From an uncultured Nitrososphaerota archaeon (GTDB lineage Archaea > Korarchaeota > Korarchaeia > Korarchaeales > Korarchaeaceae), in assembly GCA_964594835.1 (NCBI GenBank), contig CAZQNA010000016.1, positions 1 through 25,457 on the forward strand: DNA of 25,457 nt. The letters are read 5' to 3'. Numbering within the stretch: the first letter of the stretch is position 1; every line of letters begins with the position of its first letter. Shown here one piece after another: positions 16,593 through 24,900 of this stretch. The translations under genes and the position numbers were made by a program. The notes under the pieces were generated by a model. The model was not told where the DNA came from, did no database searches, and saw only the letters and a list, made by a program, of their open reading frames with translations.

Positions 16593-17382
16593 GATAGTGG
16601 ACTACGACCCCCCGTTCGTGAGGATGGTCGTCGAGGACGCGAACCCGTCCTACGCCAACGCGCTGAGGCGGGCCCTCCTCTCAGAGGTGCCCGTGATGGC
16701 CGTTGACGAGGTGATATTCTACGCCAACACGACGGCCTTCCTGGACGAGGAGATAGCCCACAGGCTGGCGATGGTGCCCATGAGGACCGACCTGAGGACC
16801 TACTCCATCGGGGACGGGGCGGTGGTGACGCTCAAGCTGGACAGGACCGCCTCCGAGGACATGGAGGTGGTTTACGCCGGCGACCTGGAGCCCTCGGATC
16901 CGGTGATAGTGCCCGTGAGGCCGAGGATACCCCTGGTGAAGATGGCCAAGGGGGACAGGCTCAGGTTCGACGCCATAGTCAGGATGGGGAAGGGCAAGTG
17001 GCACGCCAAGTGGCAGGCCGTCAGCGGGCTGGGGTACTCCTACTACCCGGTCTACCGCCTGGCCCCCGAGGCTGCGGAGAGGTGCGCCGAGGCCCTTGCG
17101 TCCTGCCCGAAGGGGACTGTGGAGAGGGAGGGGGACGGCTCGGTCCTGGTGAGGGACTACCTCTCCTGCAGGGGGCTGGAGGAGTGCATAGAGGGGATCA
17201 GGAGGGAGAGGCCCGAGCTGGTCAGGGTCGTCGAGTGGGACGACACACGCTTCATAATCAAGTTCGAGTCGACCGGGGCCCTGACCGTCCCGGAGATACT
17301 GAGGGCGGCGGTCGAGGAGCTCCTCAAGAAGTTCGACGCGTTCGAGCGGGAGCTCAAGGCGGCCCTGGAGGGGTCGGCCTGA
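16582..17382 (+). CDS. rpoD: DNA-directed RNA polymerase subunit D (Rpo3)
   Basis: ANALRRALLSEVPVMAVDEV, DEEIAHRLAMVP, GKWHAKWQ, Cys-containing ferredoxin-like insert, ESTGAL. Confidence 0.97.
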   Translation: MRVKIVDYDPPFVRMVVEDANPSYANALRRALLSEVPVMAVDEVIFYANTTAFLDEEIAHRLAMVPMRTDLRTYSIGDGAVVTLKLDRTASEDMEVVYAGDLEPSDPVIVPVRPRIPLVKMAKGDRLRFDAIVRMGKGKWHAKWQAVSGLGYSYYPVYRLAPEAAERCAEALASCPKGTVEREGDGSVLVRDYLSCRGLEECIEGIRRERPELVRVVEWDDTRFIIKFESTGALTVPEILRAAVEELLKKFDAFERELKAALEGSA

Positions 17383-17430
17383 GCCCGCCGTTAGACTTTT
17401 TACCGCGGACTCTCCCCACACTCGGCGAGG

Positions 17431-17519
17431 GCGGGGGTAGCCAAGCCTGGTCCAAGGCGCCCGCTTGAGGGGCGGGTGGGCGTAGGCCCGCGTGGGTTCA
17501 AATCCCACCCCCCGCACCA
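17431..17519 (+). tRNA. tRNA-Leu(GAG) with encoded CCA
   Basis: Acceptor GCGGGGG/CCCCCGC, anticodon arm CCCGC-TT-GAG-GG-GCGGG, long variable arm, GTTCAAATC T-loop. Usual position between rpoD and rpl18e. Confidence 0.96.
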
Positions 17520-17665
17520 TCCCCTGCTTCTGCCGTCGCTCCCACAGCGAGTTCGGGACCGCCGGTGTCCCGGGGCGATGAGGGGAGGCGGCTCCAGCCC
17601 GGCCCAGACCCGAGGCCACGTTTATTAACGCGGGCGGTGGCCGCCCCAGGAAGGTGCGAGCCGAC

Positions 17666-18031
17666 ATGCCGAGGCCAACCGGCCCGACGAACCCAGAGAC
17701 CATACGGACGATCAACGCCCTAGAGAGAGCCTCCAGACTCGCCGGCTCTCGGATATGGGCTGACGTGGCCGAGAGGCTCAGGAAGCCCACCAGGATGAGG
17801 ATAGAGGTGAACCTCTGGAAGATAGACAAGTACTCGGAGCCGGGGGACGTGGTGGTCGTCCCGGGCAAGGTGCTGGGCGAGGGCAGGCTGACGAAGTCGG
17901 TGACCGTGGCGGCGCTCTCCTTCTCCGATTCGGCCAGGAGGAAGATAGCCGAGGCGGGCGGGAGGGCCCTCTCCCTGGACGAGCTGGCCAGGGAGAACCC
18001 GAGGGGATCGGGCGTCAGGATACTCGCGTGA
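17666..18031 (+). CDS. rpl18e: 50S ribosomal protein L18e (eL18)
   Basis: TGPTNP, IWADVAERL.KP.R, EVNL.KI, VVVPGKVLG.G, FS.SA..KI..AGG. ATG 17666 is preferred over GTG 17654, which lies inside the SD motif. TTTATTAA box at 17621. Confidence 0.97.
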   Translation: MPRPTGPTNPETIRTINALERASRLAGSRIWADVAERLRKPTRMRIEVNLWKIDKYSEPGDVVVVPGKVLGEGRLTKSVTVAALSFSDSARRKIAEAGGRALSLDELARENPRGSGVRILA

Positions 18032-18038
18032 CGGGGTG

Positions 18039-18506
18039 ATGGGCTTGGCGAGCTTCGACGTCGTGGTGGACGCCGAGGGGAAGATCCTCGGCCGGATGGC
18101 CAGCTACGTGGCCAAGCAGCTCCTCCAGGGGAGGAGGGTGGCGATAGTCAACGCGGAGAAGGCCGTGATAACCGGCAACCCCTCCACCGTCCTCTCAAAG
18201 TACCTCAAGAGGAGGGCCATCCAGGGGAAGCCCAGCCCCGAGAGGGGGCCTGTCCAGCCCCGGACGCCGGACAGGATCGTCTGGCGGACCGTGAGGGGGA
18301 TGCTCCCCATGAAGAAGGCCAGGGGGAGGGAGGCGATCAGGAGGCTCAGGGTGTACATAGGGGTCCCGCCGGAGCTGAAGAACGCCCGGCCGGTCGAGCT
18401 GGGCGAGAAGTACACCGTCGATCACCTGAGGCCCAAGCCGGGGGTGAAGAGCGTCACGGTCCTGTGGCTCGCGAGGCAGCTGGGTTGGAGGGGTGAGGTG
18501 GCGTGA
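18039..18506 (+). CDS. rpl13: 50S ribosomal protein L13 (uL13)
   Basis: VDAEGKILGRMAS.VAK, VNAEKAVITG, PRTPDRI..RTVRGMLP, RLRVYIGVP. Start is 18036 (GTG) or 18039 (ATG). Confidence 0.97.
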   Translation: MGLASFDVVVDAEGKILGRMASYVAKQLLQGRRVAIVNAEKAVITGNPSTVLSKYLKRRAIQGKPSPERGPVQPRTPDRIVWRTVRGMLPMKKARGREAIRRLRVYIGVPPELKNARPVELGEKYTVDHLRPKPGVKSVTVLWLARQLGWRGEVA

Positions 18507-18943
18507 GCGAGCAGGCTCAGCAGAGGCAGAGGTTGGGCGAGGTCCTGGCCCACGCTTCGGCCGCCAGGAAGACGGCCAGGGCCTTTGCGGTCGTCAGGAG
18601 GGGGAGCGGGAGGCTCTACGTGAACGGCTTCCCGGTGGAGGTCTACGCCCCGAACGAGTTCGTCAGGATGAAGATCCTCGAGCCGCTCTGGCTCGCGGGG
18701 GAGGAGGTCTACGGGGGCCTGGACATCTTCGTCAGGGTCAGGGGAGGCGGGTTCATGGCCCAGGCGGACGCCGCGAGGATGGCCATAGGGAGGGCCCTCG
18801 TCAGGTACACCGGCTCCAGGCAGCTGGAGGAGCTCTACCGGGAGTACGACAGGACCATCCTCGCCGGAGACCCCAGGCAGAGGGAGCCCAAGAAGTTCGG
18901 CGGGAGGCGCGCCAGGGCCAGGTTCCAGAAGTCCTACAGGTGA
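18503..18943 (+). CDS. rps9: 30S ribosomal protein S9 (uS9)
   Basis: RKTARA, V.GGG.MAQADAAR.AI, YDRTIL.GDPRQREPKKFGG..ARARFQKSYR. Confidence 0.98.
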   Translation: MSEQAQQRQRLGEVLAHASAARKTARAFAVVRRGSGRLYVNGFPVEVYAPNEFVRMKILEPLWLAGEEVYGGLDIFVRVRGGGFMAQADAARMAIGRALVRYTGSRQLEELYREYDRTILAGDPRQREPKKFGGRRARARFQKSYR

Positions 18944-18975
18944 GCTTTTAATCGGAGCCCCGCCGCGCCGGCCTG

Positions 18976-19392
18976 GTGAGCCAGATGGGAGTCACTCACG
19001 GTTCCGCCGGCGACCTCAAGAAGGGCAGCTACGTCGTCATCGACGGGGAGCCCTGCGTCGTGCTCAGCGTGGCCAAGTCCAAGCCAGGAAAGCACGGCGC
19101 CGCGAAGGTGAGGATAGAGGCCAGGGGGCTCTTCGACGGGACCCGGAGGTCCAAGATCTTCCCGGCGGACGCCGACGTGGAGGTCCCGATAATCTCCAAG
19201 AGGTCGGCCCAGGTCCTGGCGATCATGGGGGACACCGTCCAGCTGATGGACCTGGAGACCTACGAGACCTTCGAGCTCCCGATGTCGGCGATCGACGAGG
19301 AGGAGCGGTCGAAGGTCGAGTCCGGGGCCGAGGTGGAGTACTGGGAGGCCCTGGGGAAGAAGAAGGTGATGAAGGTCAGGGGCCCGAGCTGA
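18976..19392 (+). CDS. eif5a: Translation factor aIF-5A
   Basis: Hypusination loop SKPGKHGAAK and VQLMDLETYETFE. TTTTAAT box about 24 nt upstream. Confidence 0.97.
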   Translation: MSQMGVTHGSAGDLKKGSYVVIDGEPCVVLSVAKSKPGKHGAAKVRIEARGLFDGTRRSKIFPADADVEVPIISKRSAQVLAIMGDTVQLMDLETYETFELPMSAIDEEERSKVESGAEVEYWEALGKKKVMKVRGPS

Positions 19393-19436
19393 CGCGCTCG
19401 GGCCGGGGCTCCGGGACCCGGGAGAGTCAGGAGGAG

Positions 19437-20708
19437 TTGTCGAGGCTGGCCCTGGAGAGGGAGAGATCGCTGGAGAGGTTCCTCGCCCTCCTATCCGAGC
19501 GGGAGTTCTGCCCCTACTGCGCCGGAAGCCTCCTGTCCTCCCTCAACAGGAGGGTCAGCTCCTGGATCCTGGGGCACGCGGTCCTGGCGCTGGAGGCCCA
19601 GGCCGGGGGCCAGAGGGGGGAGAGGGCGGCCAGGGGCCTGTCTGGGTCCTGCTCCCTTTGCGGGGGGGAGGTGCCCTCCAGGCTGCCTGGCCTGATCTCA
19701 GACCTCCTCCGGGAGCTCCGGGAGTACGAGTTCGAGTCGTTCAAGGCAGGCGCGGTGCTCCCGCCCCACGTTCACGAGGCCCACGACGAGGTGAGGGCCG
19801 GCGTCGGCATATGGACGGCCGAGTCGCCTAAGGTCACCCTGGCCAGGATGGCCGACGACGTCGTGGCGGCGTCCACGGGGGCGAGGATAGACCCCTCCAG
19901 GCCGGACGTTGTCGCGGTCCTCGACCTCTGGAGGGGCGAGGTCAGGCTCACCGTCAACCCCGTCTACCTCGCTGGGAGGTACCTCAAGCTTTCCAGGGGG
20001 ATATCCCAGGCCAGGTGGATCTGCCCCAGGTGCGGTGGGAGGGGCTGCGAGGAGTGCGGCTGGACCGGCTACCTTTACCCCGACTCGGTGGAGGCCCTGA
20101 TAGGCGAGGTGGCCAAGAGGGCGTTCGAGGCCGAGGACTACCACATCCACGCGGCCGGCAGGGAGGACGTCGACGCCAGGATGCTGGGGACGGGGAGGCC
20201 CTTCGTCCTCGAGCTGGTCTCGCCCAGGAGGAGGAGGGTCGACCTCTGGGAGCTCCAGGAGGAGGTGAACAGGTCGGCGGAGGGGAAGGTCGCCGTCGTC
20301 AACCTCAGGTACGCGGAGCCGGGGCTCATCAGGGTCCTCAAGGAAGGGTCTCCGGGGACCAGGAAGGTGTACAGGGCCGTGGTGGAGGTCGAGGGCGGGG
20401 TGTCCGACGAGGAGCTCAGGAGGCTGGAGGTAGAGCTCGAGGGGGCCACGATAGAGCAGAGGACCCCCACCAGGGTCCTGAGGCGCAGGGCCGACCTCCT
20501 GAGGAGGAAGATGGTCCACCGGCTGGCGACCCGCAGGCTGGGCGAGGGGACCTTCGAGATGATCGTCGAGTGCGACGGGGGCCTCTACGTGAAGGAGCTG
20601 GTCTCGGGGGACGAGGGGAGGACGAGGCCCAGCGTCGCCTCGGTGCTGGGGAAAAAAGCTTTTTGTAGGGAACTCGACGTATTGGCCGTACTGACCCAGG
20701 AGGCTTGA
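19437..20708 (+). CDS. pus10: tRNA pseudouridine(54/55) synthase Pus10
   Basis: N-terminal CPYC and CSLC, GRYLKLSRGISQ, catalytic AGREDVDARMLG.GRPF, QRTPTRV, GGLYVKELVSGD.GRT.PS. Confidence 0.96.
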   Translation: MSRLALERERSLERFLALLSEREFCPYCAGSLLSSLNRRVSSWILGHAVLALEAQAGGQRGERAARGLSGSCSLCGGEVPSRLPGLISDLLRELREYEFESFKAGAVLPPHVHEAHDEVRAGVGIWTAESPKVTLARMADDVVAASTGARIDPSRPDVVAVLDLWRGEVRLTVNPVYLAGRYLKLSRGISQARWICPRCGGRGCEECGWTGYLYPDSVEALIGEVAKRAFEAEDYHIHAAGREDVDARMLGTGRPFVLELVSPRRRRVDLWELQEEVNRSAEGKVAVVNLRYAEPGLIRVLKEGSPGTRKVYRAVVEVEGGVSDEELRRLEVELEGATIEQRTPTRVLRRRADLLRRKMVHRLATRRLGEGTFEMIVECDGGLYVKELVSGDEGRTRPSVASVLGKKAFCRELDVLAVLTQEA

Positions 20709-20730
20709 TCCGGCCGGAAGGTGATTTGAG

Positions 20731-21048
20731 TTGACGAGAAAGTCCAAGGGGTACCTTCACGGGTCCAGAGACTTCCTAAAGAAGAGCCCCAGGGAGAGGG
20801 GACTCCCTCCGCTGTCCAGGTTCTTCCAGGAGTTCGAGGTCGGTCAGAAGGTCGTGATAGACGTCGTCCCGTCCGAGAGGGAGGGGATGCCGCACAGGAG
20901 GTACCAGGGCAAGGTGGGCGTGGTCGTCGGGAGGAGGGGGAGGGCCTACCTCGTCGACGTCAGGGTCGGGGGAAAGGTGAAGCACCTGATTGTCCCGCCC
21001 GTTCACCTCAAGCCACACTCCGAGCCCGCCCCGGGTTCGGGAGGATGA
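20731..21048 (+). CDS. rpl21e: 50S ribosomal protein L21e (eL21)
   Basis: KSKG...R..LKK.PRERG, GMPHRRYQGKVG, K.LIV.PVHLK. Confidence 0.97.
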   Translation: MTRKSKGYLHGSRDFLKKSPRERGLPPLSRFFQEFEVGQKVVIDVVPSEREGMPHRRYQGKVGVVVGRRGRAYLVDVRVGGKVKHLIVPPVHLKPHSEPAPGSGG

Positions 21049-21054
21049 GGCGGC

Positions 21055-21540
21055 TTGGAGAAGAGGCCGCTGACGCTTGCCGAGGTCAGGGAGCTGATAT
21101 TCGAGAGGTGGGCCAGGGACCAGGCGGCCCTGACCCCGGACCAGAGGAGGCTCTTCGAGTACCTCGCGAAGTTCACGAAGGTTAGGGACCCGAAGGCGGC
21201 CAGGAGGGCCGTCGAGGTCCTGATGGGGGAGTACGAGCTGGCCGAGGAGGACGCCATACAGCTGGTCAACGTCCTCCCCAGGACGCAGGATGAGCTCAGG
21301 CCGTTCCTGTTCCGCTCCTATCCCCTCCTGGACGAGAAGGCGTACAAGGGGATCCTGGAGGTCCTCGGGGGACTCGAGGAGGCCGAGCCTCGGGTCGCCG
21401 AGGCCGAGACCGAGGCGGAGACGGAGGCCAAGGTCGAGGCAGAGGCGGGAGCAGAGGCTGAGGCCGAGGAAGGGGAAGGAGAGGGCGAGGAGGCAGAGGC
21501 AGAGGGAGAAGAGGAGGGGGAGGGACAGGGACAGGAGTAG
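21055..21540 (+). CDS. rpoF: RNA polymerase subunit F (Rpo4) with long acidic C-terminal extension
   Basis: LTLAEVRELI, QRR..EYL.KF.K, AIQLVNVLPRT.DELR. Conserved position between rpl21e and DUF655. Confidence 0.9.
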   Translation: MEKRPLTLAEVRELIFERWARDQAALTPDQRRLFEYLAKFTKVRDPKAARRAVEVLMGEYELAEEDAIQLVNVLPRTQDELRPFLFRSYPLLDEKAYKGILEVLGGLEEAEPRVAEAETEAETEAKVEAEAGAEAEAEEGEGEGEEAEAEGEEEGEGQGQE

Positions 21541-21561
21541 CCCCGCCCGAGGTGTTTCGAG

Positions 21562-22137
21562 TTGTGGAGGTTCGTTCCGGGCAGGAGGAGGCCTCACGAC
21601 AGCTGGGCCTACGTGCTGGACGTCTACGGCGAGCCCTCCAGGAGGGCCCAGGTGCTCGGGGACAGGTTCTTCATCCTGATGGAGTTCGCCGTGAGGCCTG
21701 GCGCCCAGGTCGAGCCCGGGATGAAGGTCTACGTCGGGAAGGGTCAGAGGGACCACGTCAGCAGGTTCCTGAGGTACCTATCCTACCCCGAGCTGAGGGG
21801 TCCGGCCCAGGGGAACCTGGAGGAGACGGTCAAGAGGGCCGTGGTTGAGGGGGAGGAGTTCTTCGTTCAGTTCTTCAACGAGGCGCGCCCGGTTACGACG
21901 AGGCTCCACCAGCTGGAGCTCCTGCCTGGCGTGGGGAAGAAGCTCATGCTGAAGATCCTCGAGGAGAGGCGGAGGAGCCCCTTCAAGTCGTTCTCAGACG
22001 TCGAGGAGAGGACGGGCCTGAGGGACCCGCCTGGGGCCATAAGGGACAGGGTGATTGAGGAGCTCACCGGCGACGAGAGGTACCTCATATTCGTGGCCCA
22101 CAAGAGGATATTCGAGGAGGACGAGCTGCTCGTCTGA
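21562..22137 (+). CDS. DUF655 (COG1491) putative RNA-binding protein
   Basis: AYVLD, AQVLG..FF.L.E, VY.GKG.RD, FFNEA.P.TTRLH.LELLPGVGKK. Conserved synteny after rpoF. Confidence 0.93.
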   Translation: MWRFVPGRRRPHDSWAYVLDVYGEPSRRAQVLGDRFFILMEFAVRPGAQVEPGMKVYVGKGQRDHVSRFLRYLSYPELRGPAQGNLEETVKRAVVEGEEFFVQFFNEARPVTTRLHQLELLPGVGKKLMLKILEERRRSPFKSFSDVEERTGLRDPPGAIRDRVIEELTGDERYLIFVAHKRIFEEDELLV

Positions 22138-22202
22138 GGTCGGGGCCCCCTTTATTTCTGGTCGCCGTCCGAGACCCCCGAAGAGGAGAGTGAAGTGGGG
22201 AG

Positions 22203-23795
22203 ATGAGCGGCCCCGTGGGATCGTACGTCATCGACGAGCAGGTCCTCGTCCAGGGCCTCCTCAGGGATGAGAGGGTCTGGAGGAGGGTCAGGGGGGCCAG
22301 GATAGTCGTCCCGAAGGGGCTGGTCCGGTGGCTGGAGAGGTCCGCCTCCAGGGGGGACAGGGCCAGCCTGGCGGCCCTGGCCGAGCTCGCCAGGCTGAGG
22401 GACCTGGAGAGGTCTGGCGAGATCGCGTCGCTGGAGCTGGCCGACCACTCCAAGTCCGGCATCGACGCCCTGGAGGAGCTCGCAAGGTCCCATAGGGCTA
22501 AGGTCCTGACGGGGGACTCCATAAGGGCGGTCTCCCTGGGCCTGAGGGGCGTGGAGGTCGAGTACGTCGGGCCGAAGGGGGGCAGGCTCTCGCTGGAGGA
22601 GTTCTTCACCGAGGACACCATGAGCGTCCACCTGAAGGAGGGAGCCCCCCCGATGGCCAAGAGGGGGAGCCCGGGTGAGTTCAGGCTGGTGAAGCTGAGG
22701 GAGGAGCCTCTAACGGCCCAGGAGCTTCAGAAGATGGCGTACGAGGTGATAGAGCTCGCGAAGATAGACCCCGAGGCCTTCGTCGAGGTCAGGAGGAAGG
22801 GGGCCTACGTGATACAGTTCGGCGAGTACAGGGTGCTTGTGGCCCTGCCCCCGTTCTCCGACGGGATCGAGATCACGGCGGTCAGGCCCGTGGTCAGGGT
22901 CATGCTGGACGACTACGAGCTGAGCGAGAGGCTCAAGGAGAGGCTCGCCGAGAGGGCCGAGGGCGTCGTCATAGCCGGGCCCCCGGGGGCCGGGAAGACG
23001 ACGTTCGCCAGCGCCCTGGCGGAGTTCTACAGGTCGCTGGGGAAGATCGTGAAGACCCTGGAGTCGCCCAGGGACCTCATGGTCGGCCCCGAGATCACCC
23101 AGTACGGCAAGCTCGGCCAGAGCTTCGAGGGCACGGCCGACCTGCTCCTCCTGGTCCGGCCGGACTACGTGATCTTCGACGAGATGAGGAAGACCGATGA
23201 CTTCAACGTGTTCACGGACATGAGGCTCGCGGGCATAGGCATGGTCGGGGTGGTCCACTGCGGGGCGCCGATCGAGGCGGTTCAGAGGTTCATAGGCAGG
23301 GTGGACCTGGGCCTCCTGCCCCACGTGGTCGACACGGTGATCTTCATCAGGGACGGCAGGGTCGTGAAGGTCTACAGCCTCAGGATAACCGTGAAGCTCC
23401 CGACGGGCATGCAGGACACCTCGCTCGCCAGGCCGGTCGTGCTGGTCAGCGACTTCGAGACGGGCGTGCCGGAGTACGAGATCTACACCTTCGGCGACGA
23501 GGTCGTCGTCATGCCCCTCAGGCCCGGGGCGGCGAGGGCCAGGATCAGGCGAGAGAGGCCGGAGGAGGAGGGGCTCAGGTACAGGCTCATCAGGAGGAAG
23601 CACACAGTCGTGCTCGACCTGGGGCCGGAGAGGGCGGATCAGGAGGTCATCATAACCGTGGACGGGAGGGAGTTCGTAAGGCTCACGACCGACTCTAGGG
23701 GCAGGATAACCCTGGCCAGGAACAGCCCGGCCGGCCGCAGGATACTTGAGGCCGCCAGGAGGGACAGGCTGGGCGTCCTTCCGAGCGAGGAGTGA
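22203..23795 (+). CDS. PIN-domain/PilT-like ATPase (PINA, COG1855 family)
   Basis: N-terminal PIN-like domain, TMSVHLKEG..P.AK.G.PG, PPFSDG.EITAVRP, Walker A GPPGAGKTT, ESPRDL, Walker B YVIFDEMR, DMRLAG.GMVGVVH. TTTATTT box at 22151. Confidence 0.93.
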   Translation: MSGPVGSYVIDEQVLVQGLLRDERVWRRVRGARIVVPKGLVRWLERSASRGDRASLAALAELARLRDLERSGEIASLELADHSKSGIDALEELARSHRAKVLTGDSIRAVSLGLRGVEVEYVGPKGGRLSLEEFFTEDTMSVHLKEGAPPMAKRGSPGEFRLVKLREEPLTAQELQKMAYEVIELAKIDPEAFVEVRRKGAYVIQFGEYRVLVALPPFSDGIEITAVRPVVRVMLDDYELSERLKERLAERAEGVVIAGPPGAGKTTFASALAEFYRSLGKIVKTLESPRDLMVGPEITQYGKLGQSFEGTADLLLLVRPDYVIFDEMRKTDDFNVFTDMRLAGIGMVGVVHCGAPIEAVQRFIGRVDLGLLPHVVDTVIFIRDGRVVKVYSLRITVKLPTGMQDTSLARPVVLVSDFETGVPEYEIYTFGDEVVVMPLRPGAARARIRRERPEEEGLRYRLIRRKHTVVLDLGPERADQEVIITVDGREFVRLTTDSRGRITLARNSPAGRRILEAARRDRLGVLPSEE

Positions 23796-23812
23796 CCCTC
23801 GCGTCAGTCACG

Positions 23813-24355
23813 TCACCTGGGCCTGTTCCCGGCTATCGACCGCATCCTCAGCTCGAACCCTATCTCGTCGAGGAACCGGGCCACCGGCCTGGGCACCAGC
23901 TGTCTCCAGAGCCGGTCCCCCTTCGCGGCCATCTCCCTGATGTGGGTGGCCTGGAAGAGGTCCCTCCTGTAGAAGGGGATGGGCCTGACCTCTATCCCCA
24001 CCCTCGAGAGGTCCTCCTGGGTCTCCCTGTCGTTCGAGAACGCCAGGTCCACCCTGGGCACCCTGTCCAGTACTATCTGGCCCCAGTCCTCCTCCGGAGA
24101 CTCGGTGTCTGGGATGGGGGAGAAGTAGAACTTGCTGAGGGGGAGGCCCTCGTCCCTCAGGGCCCTGACGATCATCTCGTACCTCTCGTCGACCGTCAGG
24201 GGGTTCCTGAGGGTGAAGGCCACCTGGGAGGAGCCAAGCCCTATGACTATCTCCTCGGCGTGCTTCATGGCGTACCTTATCGCGTGCAGGTGCCCGAAGT
24301 GGAGGGGCTGGAACCTCCCCACCACCAGGGCCCTGGAGGGCCTCTCGCGGCTCAC
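23813..24355 (-). CDS. nadM: Nicotinamide-nucleotide adenylyltransferase
   Basis: GRFQPLHFGH (HxGH), IGLGSSQ, NPLT.DER..MI, AT.IRE, W..LVP..V. Confidence 0.95.
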   Translation of the reverse strand: MSRERPSRALVVGRFQPLHFGHLHAIRYAMKHAEEIVIGLGSSQVAFTLRNPLTVDERYEMIVRALRDEGLPLSKFYFSPIPDTESPEEDWGQIVLDRVPRVDLAFSNDRETQEDLSRVGIEVRPIPFYRRDLFQATHIREMAAKGDRLWRQLVPRPVARFLDEIGFELRMRSIAGNRPR

Positions 24356-24506
24356 GCGCCTCGCGCCGAAACCGACCGTTTAATCCTTTTCCACGCGGTC
24401 CCGGGGGACGCGCCTTCGACCTCCGCCGTCGGGCGTGGACACCCTGCTGGGCCCCCTCCCAACGTCGCTCGAGTCAAGGAGGCATCTCGCGGAGGGAGGT
24501 TTCCTC

Positions 24507-24734
24507 TCATCTCCAGTCCCTATCCTCCCTCACGAGGTCCGCGATCTCGCGGTCGTCCAGGTGCCCGAGCCTCTCGGCCAGCCTGTGGGCCCTCTCGTCC
24601 AGCATCCCCAGCTCGGCCCTCCTCACCTCCTCCTCGAGGGCCCTCCGGATGACCGGTTCAGGCTCGATCCCGAACCTCTTGAGCTTCACCCTGAGTTCCC
24701 TCGGGATCTTTGCGGACACCGTGACGTAGTCCAC
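24507..24734 (-). CDS. Orphan VapB-type (RHH) antitoxin, 75 aa
   Basis: MDYVTVSAKIPRELRVKLKRFGIEPEPVIRRALEEEV...IADLVREDRD has the typical archaeal antitoxin C-terminus VREDR. The GTG follows a GGGGGGTG SD motif, with TTATA at 24775-24771. This is the 3' part of ORF 24507..25073. Confidence 0.8.
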   Translation of the reverse strand: MDYVTVSAKIPRELRVKLKRFGIEPEPVIRRALEEEVRRAELGMLDERAHRLAERLGHLDDREIADLVREDRDWR

Positions 24735-24900
24735 GAGCGGCCACCCCCCCACATTCCGTACTGCTTGTGGTATAAGGGCTCTCTTCGGGTGGGTGCGGGA
24801 TGAGTTCTTGATCCGCCGCTCATCCGTGATTCGCGAAATGTCTGTTTCACGACAGACGCATAGAGGCGCGTGGGGGGAAGGTAGAGTCCCCCACCAACTC

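Noticed and set aside
17520-17620. Possible structured RNA after tRNA-Leu (CGTCGCTCC/GGGGCGATG and GGGAC/GTCCC stems)
   Set aside because: Short stems with G-U pairs in very GC-rich DNA, and no complete C/D or H/ACA box set.
13727-24652. Long alternative ORFs over core genes (13727..14944, 16681..17868, 19698..20747, 20776..21756, 22710..23603, 23792..24652)
   Set aside because: They lie antisense to well-supported conserved genes or tRNAs.
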